Notes: generated by a model not told the origin, from the letters alone. A DNA stretch of 64,000 nt from Octopus vulgaris (GCA_951406725.2 OX597825.1:88536001-88600000); one strand, 5' to 3'; positions 11,587-25,120 are shown, numbered from the stretch's first letter. Made by a program: numbers and translations.

Positions 11587-14500
11587 TTTTCTAAAACGGT
11601 TTGTTTCGGCGGCTTAAATTTTCGTAGGTTTCATACAAAGCCTAGTTTGTGCAGGCTTCTGAATGGATGGGCGCAGGTAGTCCGTGATGGCGGCTGGAAA
11701 ATGAGCAGGTCACATGATGTCAGAGTAATATCGACGATTCAACGACAGCAATATTGAAGCTATCTCTGCCACATGCAATGTGACAACAGGCATCATTCAG
11801 CAACCGACGAACGAACATCGACAAAAGTAGCCACATGACTAAACGCTACAAGAACAGGACCAGCAGCTCATTCTTTTGTTCGACTGACAATAAGAAGCGA
11901 TCTAAGCAAGAGCCACACGACGGGAAACGGCAGATTCTATGAGTGAAAACAAAAGACTTTTCGTGGTGAAGGGGCGAAAAGTTTCTTACAGTCATCAGTT
12001 GACTTAAAACTGAAATACTAGAGAAGGGTAAAAGCGACAGGGTTTAAGTTGCATAGGTATAGAAGTTTCGGATTGTCAAATTGGAATGTGGACGACTTAA
12101 AACCTATCAAAGTACGAAATAATGTGTGGATATGAACAGGAATATCCTCTAGAAATAACATACAGACAGACACTCTAATATCCTGTAAAAATGGCAGGAA
12201 TTCACACTTTAACTGACATGGATCGTCGATTTGATGAGAGGCGAATGATGACTTATCAGAGGTAAATATATGTATCGTTGCAGAAAGAGAAAATTCAATA
12301 TTGGACGGGAAGAATTACTGCTGATCTGCATTTCGCTGGGGAGTCCTGATATCTTTACACTTGGGAAGGAGGGCGAAACTCGCTGAGAAAACTGATCTCC
12401 AAGATAACGCATTAAATCACGTTAGAGTAGAGGTTATGCACCGAAAACCAACATAATATATTCTATATACAATTAATTCCAAACAACACTGACCGGCCGT
12501 GCTGTGACGACAACATTGTAGCCACAACATCAACAATTGTAACTCATTAACGCTGCCGCAACATCTCAATTATTCCAGCAGTAAGAATGTCTGTTCAACG
12601 ACGGTTACGGATACTCTTAAGGATTGTCGAAAAACCTGTAAAGTGAGGTCGAGGGAAAGATTAAATATGTTGCCTGTAAACATTACCAAACTCGTGACAC
12701 AACAACAAACTCATAGAAACAATAATCAATAAACCCCAACTTTCTCCTCCACCCACCTCATGGGAGACGAAAACGATTAATGCTATATGACCATTTCTCA
12801 TAATTACAAAGATTGAAGGATGTCCAACTCTTACATACTGTCAAAAGTAAACAGAAAATGAAAAAGCAAACGATATTCATGCAACGCAGTAAGAGCAGTT
12901 ATTAGGCTTGGCGAATCATACGCTGGCACTTGAGAATTTGAAATCATTATGTTGAAAGGTTGCAAACCAAGTAGATAAAAGGTGTCAAGAGAAGGCCAGT
13001 TGTGTGCACTCTAAGCAAGAATTGACTGAGAGAGTGGGGGGAGGTGTCTAATTGATAAAATGCTATATTTGTGTAAGTGTTGACACCAATTTCATACTAA
13101 CGATAATATCTATTATTTAAGTACTTCTCGTATGTAATATAATATCCGTTGTCCATGCTATTACCATTGAATATGAGTAGAGTAATTCAACATTTTATTT
13201 TTTGTTCATCCCATTAAGATAAATTAAAGAAAGAACATTATTGTCTTAAACGGCACACAATATTGATTTGATTATATTTAATATATATGTAGGTTCTTAT
13301 CTTAGGAAATCATATTATTTACATAAATACATCGATATTTTTCATAACGTTTTAATTCAAGGACATTGTAAAAAGTAAGTCACTATCTATATAATGGTTT
13401 GAAGTCGAAAGAAGAATAGGTCTTCATTGTGCATCTACACAAAGCCACCTTTCGTTTATTGAAGAATTATTTTTTGATTATAAAACCAGTGTAATCTTAA
13501 TTTCGACAACGTTTCAAAAATAATGAAAGAAGGTTTTTCTGGTAGATTAAAAATTAGACAATCCATTCAATTCTGTTAGAAACAAAGGTTTTTTGATGGT
13601 AGAAAATATTTCTTGATATTGAACACAAAGAAACACAGTTTTCAACTTACTTGTGTATGATTGTGTGTGTGTATATATATCTACACACACATGTGTAATA
13701 CATATATGTATAGATACAATATACATAGTCATACAAATGGGTATATATATATATATATATATATATGGATGTGTGTGCGTGTGTGTGTGTGTGTGTGTAT
13801 GACATGTAATGCGAAATAATAAATCTAGAAAGCATTCAGTTGTTGGATAGACTTGGTTAACTCCATCAAGCGATCAGATACCAAAATATGCAAATAGAAT
13901 TAACAGCCAAGGATAATTCTCCGGTATGAGTAAATCCAAAAGGCGCTGAGAAGAATGCCAAACATCCAGTGAATATAATTAAATTCTGAAAATAATCGTC
14001 CGCTTCCCTTATGTGCGCATATATTTGATTCATTAGTATTTTGAGCCTCTACTTAGACACCAGAAGATGCTGACACAGCGGAAACGATCGTCGGTCCTGT
14101 GTGGTGTAATCTTCATTCTTTTTTGCTGTGTACATACTCATACATGCGCACACTCACATATGCATAGGCACACCTGCATATGTACATGCACATTTACATA
14201 CATGAATACACACATTTATACATTCACACATACATACATCATGTATTTTGTGCTATTCAGTGGTTTATCTCTATGGTGAAAAGTAAACATTATTTAATAA
14301 ACACAATATGTTTTGCATATGATATGAGCATCTCAGAGAGTACATTTCAACACCTCTGGTATCTCAGCACAAACTTCAGGTACTGCCACATAGTATAACA
14401 AACTAAAAAGGAATGATAGGATGAGAGAAAATCTAGAATAGGCGAGAAAGGAGCAGATATAAAAGGTCAAAAGTTGAAAGACCGTAAAACGAAAAACAAA

Positions 14501-15253
14501 ACATAACGAAGTGAAACCGGGGGCGGAGAATTATTTCCCCTGTGATTGTAAAATATAAGGCTGAAAATATAGTGGCTTAGAGTTTGTGCTGCAGATGTTC
14601 AGTCTGGAGAAGGTAGCATTTTCCAATTTGCCAACAGGAACCTAGCCATATCCTTACAACTGCTGAAAATTCCGGGTCTACAATTCAGCACTGTGTTAGA
14701 ATTCTTACATATATAACTCATTCTTAGTTGTAAATACATGGTTGTGTTTCAGATATATTGGTCTTTACACAGAGTGATATACATGACAATGACAATTATT
14801 TATGCCTTTTCTTAAACATACATACATACGTGGACAGAACGTGAACGAAGCTGCACACAAAATTATGCCCGGTTGGATGTGCAACTGTCCAGACACAGCG
14901 CAGTATAAACATGTGTATGTCGTAATAACCATAAAAAATATGTTATGAAATTGTAGAATAAAGAGAAATGAATTTTGAGGATGGCCATCTCTTCATTTTC
15001 TGTATCGTTAGAGTTATTGCTAATATGTGATCCAGAAAACATTACCATCCAGAGAAGCGAGAATGAAGTTACCTATCGGAGAAATTTACAACTCATAGTA
15101 GTGATAGATGTTAAATAGTAAATAATACGGTTAGCTCTAACCTGGACCATAACTGAGAGCCACCACGGTTTACGCCCGGATAATATATCCTTCTAAACTC
15201 ACTATACGCACACATACATACGTACTCATACACAGCCACAGCCCTACACACAC

Positions 15254-15294
<41 letters not shown>

Positions 15295-16010
15295 ATACAT
15301 ATATATGTGTGTGTATGTATGTATAAATATAACCGATAGAAAAACTGAACTTCATCGTAGATGAATTGGATACTCGGTGATTTGCCGTGTGTTACGATAA
15401 TATCGGGATGATCAATATGGCTGTCTTTTAACATATTTAACAGGAGATGGGTTAAAGTAGACAGGAAATTAAATTTCAATATACAGACGAAACACGTCCA
15501 TATTACAAGCCTCAGGTAGCTGTCAGATACTGAAACGATAATTAATGATATTCACATTTCATTTGCTGATAGATTTACTTTCAATCGAAGGGAAGTTTTC
15601 ATAGCGACAAAATTTACAATGTTGTTTTGTGATATAAAATAAAGAAGAATGTCTGATGAGAAAACATTTGCATAACTTCAAAGATTGGTCTCATGCATTT
15701 TCAGAAACATAAAATAAACATAAAAGGAACTGAAGTTAACCACACATCCCCACCTGAAACCGAGATATAGGGGCTAATAGTGATGTCTCTTTTTAGAGTT
15801 GTCTTTTTCTCTTCAGAAAAATTAAACTGCATTTTCTTTATCGGTTGCATGGTAATCGAGAAAGAAATTTTATGCCATTACGGGGGATTACCTTCACTTC
15901 TCAACGAGGGGTTCACATTTGGAATTAAGACGCTTATTTATGTGTCGATCGAAGCGAAAATAATTGTTGAATGGTATTTGGTATACATCCGTTTATCCTC
16001 ATATATATTA

Positions 16011-16174
16011 TAGGCGCATGAGTGGCTGTGTGGTAAGTAGCTTGCTAACCAACCACGTGGTTCCGGGTTCAGTCCCACTGCGTGGCATCTTGGGCAAGTG
16101 TCTTCTGCTATAGCCCTGGGCCGACCAATGCCTTGTGAGTGGATTTGGTAGACGGAAACCGAAAGAAGCCTGTC

Positions 16175-16260
<86 letters not shown>

Positions 16261-16461
16261 TTGTCCCCCTAGTATTGCTTGACAACCGATGCTGGTGTGT
16301 TTACGTCCCCGTCAATTAGCGGTTCGGCAAAGAGACCGATAGAATAAGTACTGGGCTTACAAAGAATAAGTCCCGGGGTCGATTTGCTCGACTAAAGGCG
16401 GTGCTCCAGCATGGCCGCAGTCTGATTGAAACAAGTAAAAGAGTAAAAAGAGAGTAAAGAG
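16011..16461 (+). mobile_element. tRNA-derived SINE family B (octopus OR-like), full length
   Basis: Head TAGGCGCATGAGTGGCTGTGTGGTAAG, B-box-like GGTTCAGTCCC, CORE-like CTTGGGCAAGTGTCTT, internal (TA)n(TG)n and (GAGTAAAA)n tail; similar to the 19234, 34061 and 37486 copies. Confidence 0.9.
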
Positions 16462-16489
16462 TATATATATATATTCATTTTTTCATTTA

Positions 16490-16790
16490 TTATTTTACTT
16501 GTTTCACTCATTTGAATGCGGCAATGCTGGAGTACGACCTTTAGTCAAACAAATCGTCCCTAGGACTTATTCTTTGTAAGCCTAATACTTATTCTCTCGG
16601 TTTCTTTTCTGTTGTCAAGCGATGGTGAGGGGACAAGTACAGACAAACAAATACGAACGTATATATAAATGTATATACGTCGGGCTTCTTTCAACTTCCG
16701 TCTACCGAATGCACTCAGGAGGCTTTGGCTGGCACGAAACTATAGTAGGGGTCCAAAGTGCATGGGGTCACATTACGGTCGGAACTCCCC
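16490..16790 (-). mobile_element. SINE family B, older inverted copy
   Basis: Reverse-complement similarity to 16011-16461, e.g. TTTTACTTGTTTCA and GGACTTATTCTTTGTAAGCC. Confidence 0.8.
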
Positions 16791-17679
16791 AGCATTGGGG
16801 AAGCATATTGTTGATTTAATCTCTTTGTTAATCGTTGTTTGTTGGTTGTTTACACTTTAACCTCGCTGTCTTTCGTATGTTTTATTTTCGGCCTTTGTGG
16901 CCAATAAAGAAAGAATTATTATTAAAGTAGTAATAATAATAATGATAATAATAATAATAATAATATATATAGATAATAATATATATAATTATATATATAT
17001 ATAAATAACGTATATAAATAGAGCCAGCCAACGATACCCAGTATCTAGTTTCTCTCACGTGTAGTATATTATAAACGCCTTTATTGGTGATTTTATATGA
17101 ATGGGCCGAGATATCAACATCAAAATTCACGGCTGCTTTGCTGCGATATTGCACAATTCGTTGAAAGAAGAGAGTCTTGTGAAGTTTCGTTTACATTAGG
17201 ATATTTAAAACCGCTTCAGTGTTTAGTGTTTACTCACGGGAGCAACCTAGCAAGAAAAGTGCATTCGGGTCGATAGTGAATCGTAAGATGATATAATTGA
17301 TTATGATTATTCGGTTATCAGCAGAAAATATTTGCTTTTGATTTGAGTATTGGGAATCACGAACCCGTATTTAATAGAAACATACCGAAACTACAATAAT
17401 TATTTTTCAATTTTCCTACCATGTTATTCTCAAGGTATTGTGTTAAACGGCGCACTTTTCAATTTTACCAAAACTCTGACAGAACAAAGCATCATCGCAC
17501 TTGGGATTCTAGTGAAATTGCACACTTGCTGCTTTCGTTTACATTACATAGTCACATGCATGCACACACCAACACCCATTCCAGTAGACACACAGAGGGG
17601 TAAATACATACTGAATCTGTATCTATGTGTGCGTATCTGAATGTTTTATAGCAAAGCGATGCGGCTGTTATAATTTCCT

Positions 17680-17827
17680 TTTATTTTCTAAGTACAAGGC
17701 CCGAAATTTCTGGGGAGGTTGGGCAGTCGATTAGATCGACCCCAGTACGCAACTGGAACTTAGTTTATCGACTCCGAAACGGAGAGAGAGAGAAAGTCGA
17801 CCTCGGCGGAATTTGAACTCAGAACGT
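17680..17827 (-). mobile_element. SINE family A, 5'-truncated
   Basis: AAAGTCGACCTCGGCGGAATTTGAACTCAGAACG is the reverse complement of the family A B-box region. Confidence 0.82.
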
Positions 17828-18149
17828 TTTAGTTAATATCATTAAAATTTGCAACTCGTGATATATTGATTGATGGTGCTGTAAAAATGTAAAATGCTGA
17901 ATATGTCGTAGTTTCACAATCAAAAATAGCAGGTTATAAGTTATAAGTACCTCGAAGTAATGACGCTAACATGTGTGTTAATATTAGTATTTGAGGAATA
18001 CTTTTCACGCTGTGCGAAAAGATTTGGTTTCAGCAGAGGGCCTCACATTAAGAATCAGCAGTAAAATAAACGACAGGCAAAGAGAAAAGCGAAAAAGAAA
18101 GAAAACTGTTGCAAACTGGAACTGCTGAGGCTGTAATATTTTAAAGTTT

Positions 18150-18377
18150 ATAAGGCGACGCGCTGGCAGAAACATTATCACGTCGGGTGAAATGCTTAGC
18201 GGTATTTCGTCTGCCGTTACGTTGTGAGCTCAAATTCCGCCGAGGTCGACTTTGCCTTTCATCCTTTCTGGATCGCTAAATTAAGTACCGATTACGTACC
18301 GCGGTTGATCCAATCGACTACCACCCGCTACAAAAAAAAGAAAAGAAAATTCAGGCCTTGTGCCTTGAGTAGAAAAC
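18150..18377 (+). mobile_element. SINE family A, full length with 15-bp TSD
   Basis: TSD AATATTTTAAAGTTT at 18135-18149 and 18378-18392; tRNA-like head and central domain. Confidence 0.9.
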
Positions 18378-18559
18378 AATATTTTAAAGTTTCATTAAAT
18401 TAATGTATTCTTTTTCTTCGTCCTTTTCCTCTTACTCAGTAGTTTGGAGGCTTCTGTTTACAAAATATAACAAAGCCACATTGGAACTGATACATTTTGG
18501 AAATACTAGCACATACATATATAAAAAAGTACATACGTACATATAGATAATTGCATATA

Positions 18560-18641
<82 letters not shown>

Positions 18642-18989
18642 CTCCTCCTGGGAAGAATATATCGTCGGAAATCAAAAGCAGAGTAGATAATAGCGGGCAA
18701 CTGATTCGAAAACTACCCAGATAATAAATACACATTATTCTAAATAATTGAAGCTCTTACTTTTGTGAGCAAATACCGAAATGACTTTCTGGATGAGCTA
18801 AGGTTTTTACACATTAGAAATAGAGTCTATAAGTTCAGTAGTAATTATATGCAAAACTTTTCTAAAGTTCAAAATGAGAATTTGATTTTGTTACCTATTT
18901 TCCACGATGAAGCCTTGTACCATGTCTAGAAACTATCCCTTTGCCCCAGAATAATATCTCAAAACAGAAGATAACATATGTGTGCATAC

Positions 18990-19230
18990 GTACCAGGTTG
19001 AGTGAGAAGGTTTTTCTTATCTCAAGCTTAAGTCAATAGTCACAAAATTACATACGAAATGCGTTTATTCACCAAAATATATCCCATGGTATTTTATTGT
19101 CTATGGTTACCATTGTGCCAGAATCTCAATTCCACGCTTATAATATTTGGCTTGTTTCGAGGCAAAAAAACTCTCTAAATCCGTTTCAATATTCTCCACA
19201 TTATTGAACCTCCATCCATGCGGGAAATAT
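18990..19230 (-). pseudogene. mariner transposase C-terminal relic
   Basis: Minus strand reads GWRFNNVENIETDLESFFASKQAKYYKRGIEILAQW; bordered by a SINE at about 19234. Confidence 0.7.
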
Positions 19231-19233
19231 GCT

Positions 19234-19612
19234 AAGGTTGTGTGGTAAGTAGCTTGCTAACCAACCACATGGTTCTAGGTTCAGTCCCACTGCGTGGCAT
19301 CTTGGGCAAGTGTCTTCTGATATAGCCCCGGGCCGACCAATGCCTTGTGAGTGGATTTGGTAGACGGAAACTGAAAGAAGCCTGCCGTATATATATGTAT
19401 GTGTGTCTGTGTTTGTTCCCCTAGCATTGCTTGACAACCGATGCTGGTGTGTTTACGTCCCCGTCACTTAGCGGTTCGGCAAAAAGAGACCGATATAATA
19501 AGTACTGGGCTTACAAAAAGGAAAAAGTCCCGGGGTCGAGTTGCTCGACCACAGGCGGTGATCCAGCATGGCCGCAGTCAAATGACTAAAACAAATAAAA
19601 GAGTAAAAGAGA

Positions 19613-19613
<1 letters not shown>
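19234..19613 (+). mobile_element. SINE family B
   Basis: High similarity to the 16011 copy, with a short internal microsatellite. Confidence 0.9.
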
Positions 19614-19651
<38 letters not shown>

Positions 19652-19654
<3 letters not shown>

Positions 19655-20218
19655 GAGGAGGGTGTATCAAAGTAATGCCATTTTGTTTAGAACAAGTATA
19701 ATTACCAAAACAGGGATATGTATCATACATCAAAATGAAGCTGGTACCTTGTGAATTACATCCCTACTGCTCAATATAGTTCCCATTTCTCTCAATAGCA
19801 ACGTTCCACCTTCGAATGAGAACATGTACCTCTACCCCGTAAAATTTTGTTGATTCTTCTTTGAGCCACTTCTTCACTACAGCTTTCAGTTCCTCGTCAC
19901 TGAAATGTTTGCCTCTCAATCCCTCTCTCATGGGGCCGAAAAGTTGATAGTCTGAAGGCGCTAAATTATTCCAGTGACGAGGAAGTGAAAACTGTAATGA
20001 AAAGTGGCTCAAATATAAGTCAACAGAATTTTACGGGGCAGAGATAAATGCTCTCATAGGAAGGTGGAACATTGCTATTGAGAGAAACGGTGACTATGTT
20101 GAGAAGTATGGATGTGATCCACCGAAGACCAGCTTAATTTTGTGTATGATACATGTTCTTTTGTTGGTAATTATACCTGTCCTAAAAAAATGGCATTACA
20201 TTTTGACTCCCACTCGTG
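19652..20218. mobile_element. mariner-derived MITE made of two inverted 3' ends
   Basis: Termini CACGAG...AAGTAATGCCATTT and AAATGGCATTAC...CTCGTG; follows TA. Left arm (-) encodes LAPSDYQLFGPMREGLRGKHFSDEELK...RWNVAIERNGNYIE. Right arm (+) encodes SSDEEVKTV...RWNIAIERNGDYVEK. Confidence 0.85.
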
Positions 20219-20655
20219 CAGATGCATGTATCTATGTATGCATCTGTACATTCTTTTAAATCATAATGTAAATGAATTTGCCTAGAAGTATTTGTAAATT
20301 GCAGTTACAAATCCTTTTTTTTGTTTTCACGTGCAAACTTATTGCAATGTGACCGCATTACCAGGAAAATCTGAGGATTCCGACGTATTCAAAATATTCC
20401 TAACTTACAGAATCGTCCATTAGAAAACGCAAACTTGGAAACACTCAAATTCTATTTCGAAATAAAAATAGGAACATTCAAACAATATATACTTTTAGTG
20501 AATTTCTGCCAAATCAATAAAGTCGATAACTTCAGAGATATTGATTAATGTTAGTGCAAAAGGTATTGCATAGATTCTATCAAGTTAGGATTGATATGAT
20601 TGAAAATATTGAAACAGGTATAATTGTTAATGTTAGTATTATTTAGTTATTATTA

Positions 20656-20699
<44 letters not shown>

Positions 20700-20899
20700 G
20701 TAATAGTCTAAAACAGTATTGATCTCTGGAGTGGAAGAGTGGCAAACATTGATAAGAAAATATAAAATAAAAACAATGCAAAGGAATTTATTAAAAAATT
20801 TAAACAAAACGTTTGCCTGTTGTATCTTGTGGTCTTGTCATATTTGATGTTTCAATAATTTAATCTAGAAAACATTTGAATTATAATAATTGCTAACTG

Positions 20900-20961
20900 C
20901 AAAATTTCGTTGTCATCCACCGAGGACTTCACTGCGGAAACATTTCGCCAAACACCCAAAC

Positions 20962-21025
<64 letters not shown>

Positions 21026-21190
21026 ATACACACACACATGTACATAAATTGTGCGCCTTCCACGTAAAAAAAGCTTTGTCAACTCGGGGCTATAGTAAGA
21101 GGTACCAGTCGAACCTACCACTTATGAGACTGAACCCAAATCCACGTGCTTGGGAAGCAAGATTCTTACTAGTAAGCCAAGTCTGCACAC
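20900..21190 (-). mobile_element. SINE family B, decayed, with expanded (CA)n
   Basis: GGGGCTATAGTAAGA and GAGACTGAACCC...GGAAGCAAG resemble the reverse complement of family B. Confidence 0.55.
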
Positions 21191-21213
21191 ACATGCGTGC
21201 GCATGTGTGTGTA

Positions 21214-21575
21214 GTGAAGACATAGCTCAGTGGTTAGAGCGTTCAGTCACAATCATGAGGTTGTGTGTGTTGTGCTCTTCAGCAAGATAATTTCTTTTAT
21301 GTTACTCTTTTACGTTACTGAACTGTAGAAATGAGTTGCGACGTCACTGGTGTCCAGCTGTATCCTCTTAGATAAGATTGGTTGTGTGGAGAGGACAGAC
21401 TGCTATGCATGGGCGACAACTCGTCTTCCTTAAGCAAATTTTCCCAGACTTGTGTCTGAGAGTGGAACATTCTAGGTGCAATCCCATGGTCATTCATGAT
21501 CGAAGGGAATCTTCAACTTGTCCAGCATGGCCGCGGCCTTTCGGGCTAAAACATTTTAAAGGATTTTAAGGATGT
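21214..21575 (+). mobile_element. tRNA-derived SINE family C, followed by a SINE 3' tail fragment
   Basis: A-box TAGCTCAGTGGTTAGAGC, CORE-like TTCAGCAAGATA, and 3' TCCAGCATGGCCGC as in family B. Confidence 0.6.
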
Positions 21576-23698
21576 TATATATACACCCGTAAATATCGAA
21601 CAATGAGATTGATTACTCAACACCACATTAGTTGATTAATGTTCTTTATTTGTGTATCAAGGCTACCATAGGTTTCATTTTACGACATACTTCAACGATT
21701 GTCAGGCCTATCACATTCGACATCGGTGTTTATCCCTTTACGCCAACCATTCATTACCCGTGATTTTTAAAGCTTTTGGAACATGTAAAATGTTTATATA
21801 TTTCATCAGTCTGATGTGAACACCATTTTTTCTTCTAAAAATGAAGAATATATGCACGAAATTGTGCTGCGTGTACAAAGTTTTATTCCTGTCTAAGAAA
21901 TATTTAGGATTAGTGTCATATAATGTGCAAATCCTGTCACCCATCATTGGTTGGTGACAGGATCATTGGATTAGATAACCACATTGATAATTTTATATAT
22001 TTTCAGTGAAATAGAGATAAGCTAATACGATTTCAATCCACACTATACACAGCACTGTATTGGTTGTATCACTGAATGCATTAAAAGTCCTTTGTTATTT
22101 TATCGAATTTTGATGTTTTCAGAAAGAAATCGTTTATCATGATATGAACGTGCGTTGAGAAAATTTAAGAGTAAATTTTATTAAATTTTTGGAGGCAAAT
22201 AATCACAATTCGTGTTGCAATATGTCAACTGAGATAGATTATAATATTGTGGCTTTGACTTGAAAATTGCTTTTATGCGCTCAAACATTTATTAAGATGA
22301 TGCGTTAGACTAGAGACATTAACAGACTAATGTTGATATATCTGAGATAAATTGTATGTATAACTTAGATAAGAATCATGGAGAAAATAGTATGTACTGG
22401 GCAGCTAATGTACTAGCTTCAACAGGACATTAATCTAATAACACGAGAAGACACGGTAATCATGTTACATACGAAACACGCTCAATAACTCATAAACTGA
22501 TAAAGACAGAAATTGGAACACGGACATGTTTATAAACTCATATAGAGAAACACCCATATCTACACACTCACATTCTCTATATAAGTATATATATTATACA
22601 TGTTTGTGTGTGTGTAATTCTCGCAATCCCTATTAACTACGAAAATCAAGAATATGATTTTTACAAACATACAAACATACATGTCAGAAGAATAACATTA
22701 AAAAAAATCAGTCACACACACACACACACGTGCACAAGTAAACTCCCAGTTTACGAGTGTGTTTACGTTTGCATATTTATAAACCGTGTTTTACACACAT
22801 ACACACACACACACACATATATATATATACACGTGTGTCATTTGGTGACCATATTGATGATAGATGGTGTACGAATAAAACAAACACCATCTATAAATCT
22901 AATCATGTAAACAATTATAGGCTCTGAATATTGTATTTTGTTTTATTTATGATGTCTTTATCTGGACGTTAAAAGCTTCCGGTAAAGATGCATTAGAATT
23001 TTGCAAGGATGTGAGAGAATATTTACGATATCATAATTCCCTTCTTTACAAATGTGCTTCCTTCTGATCAGCCATTTTATAGCGTCTGTTTTGAGTTATT
23101 TCAACGTTAAACGCAATCCTCCTTTTTATATCCAGAAACGATTAACTCCCTCAGGTATTTCTTTATAAACTCTAACTGACACGTTGCGTGATTATCCGCA
23201 CGTTATTTCGAGATTTACTTACACGCATACATACGCAAACATAGAGGCACACGCAAATACACGCACACACATGCATACCTTTATAAGAATATACATATAT
23301 CAATAAGACAGAAGCGAATGAGGTATCACTTTATAGAGAGACATAAAAACAGTGGATTGTCCTTAGGAAATTTAGAATGCAGTTTAATTTGCTTCTATGT
23401 TGTTTAGAATTGAATAGATACACTTTGAGAGACAGAGACTGACTGACCGCTTCCAGGTAAGAACAATTTAACCTCTATCATTTAGTGTCCGTGCACTTTC
23501 CCAATGCTTCCATTATATGTTCTACGCATATATATATTTTCCGAAGTGTACAATATTATTTACTTATCATCGCCAACATTACCCGTCAGTTTCGCGCTGG
23601 GGATTCAACGGAGTATTATATAACAATTCAACTATGTAACCCTGCTCTCATCAAGGTAGCCGATACGGAATGAAATATGGCGACTGCTCTCTGTAGAG

Positions 23699-24938
23699 AG
23701 CATTTATTTATTTATTTATCTGCTATCTCTTTATTGTAGGCTCAAATCTATTCCAGGGGCACTTTTAGGCGCGTTCCTTGTCGTACTATATCAATCGATT
23801 GATTGATCGACTGAAAATATAGGGAACGACTGTTACAATGATATTTTCGTCAGAGACACACAAAGTCAATAGCCCTGCCCCCCACCACCACCACCAACAA
23901 CAACAACAAAGACGTTGGAATTGGTCAGTGTGGAATTAATACAGAACTAGGTCGCTTATTTCTCGCCATCAGCTGATTTCTAAATAGAGCAGTCGTCGTA
24001 TTTCATTCTAAACCGGTTACTTCTGATGAGCTCTGATGAGTGCAGAGTTACATAATCGAATTGTTACTTAACATTCCGTCGAATCCCTAGCGCGAAACGA
24101 ATTGATGAGATCAGGCAGCCGTAATGGATATATACTACTGTACAATTCGGATAATATTCCCACTCTATTGACAGATACACGAGTATACTTTTCCTGACTT
24201 ATAGACTCATAGACGACTCAGACAAACAACACGCGCACACATAAACATCCATCTTTGTTGCTTCTTTTTCTTTGGGTTTTAATCGATTCTTAATCATCGT
24301 CACTTAGCACCCGTCTAATTTACTCTACTAACTTATTTAAGATTCCTAATGACGCCTGGGCCTATAATTTATGATCGCATATTTTCCTAGTCCTGCTGTT
24401 AATTTATCAGTTATAGTTTATTTATAGCTGATTACGAGTTCTAAATATTTCTGTCAACTGTTTTGTATTTGATAAATTCCTGCTACTTAATTAGATATTC
24501 CCAGTTTACAATAATTTATCAGTACCACTGATGCCTTTCGACTTATATATGTACAAATACTTCGTCCTCACAGAATGTTCAAATAAATAGTAGTAAATGC
24601 CAAAAGCCTGCCGCTGTCTTTAAAGAAGTTGTGGAATATCAAATTCCTTTAATGGATAACAATACTATTCACTCGTGGTAACAGAGAACAAAAGCTTAGT
24701 TGATGGCTAGACGTAAGCGACCTGGTTGTGTATTAATGCCATACTGACCAAATGCCAACATCTTTTTTGTGGAGGTGGTGGGGGCCGTTGACTTGGTGTA
24801 TCTCTAACGAAGATATCATTGTAAGGATCGTTCCCTATATTTTCAGTTGATCAAGCGACTGATATTATAGAACAAGGAGCGCACCTAAATGCGCCTCTGA
24901 AGTAGATTTGAGCCTATAACAGATAAATAAATAAACGC
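23699..24938. mobile_element. element with about 270-bp diverged terminal inverted repeats
   Basis: 23699-23985 is the reverse complement of about 24690-24938 (TAGGCTCAAATCTA/TAGATTTGAGCCTA; CTGAAAATATAGGGAACGA/TCGTTCCCTATATTTTCAG). No TSD recognised. Confidence 0.7.
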
Positions 24939-24989
24939 ATATAACCAATTATTTACGTCTATATCATATAGATACACACATATGTACAT

Positions 24990-25011
24990 ACAGAGAGATA
25001 TATAGATAGAC

Positions 25012-25045
<34 letters not shown>

Positions 25046-25120
25046 GAGAGAAACAAAAAGACAGAGAGACGGACGGACGGACATACACAGACAGACATAC
25101 AGACAGACAGACAGACATAC

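Noticed and set aside
15400-15505. Hammerhead candidate ending GACGAAACACGTCCATATT
   Set aside because: No CUGANGA-like core at the required position.
15938-16285. Recurrent peptide LLSVSVYQIHSQGIGRP...DTCPRCHAVGLN (also 19201, 34222, 37509)
   Set aside because: Antisense translation of SINE family B, not a protein family.
21932-21962. 10-bp hairpin TCCTGTCACC...GGTGACAGGA
   Set aside because: Short and isolated, with no supporting context.
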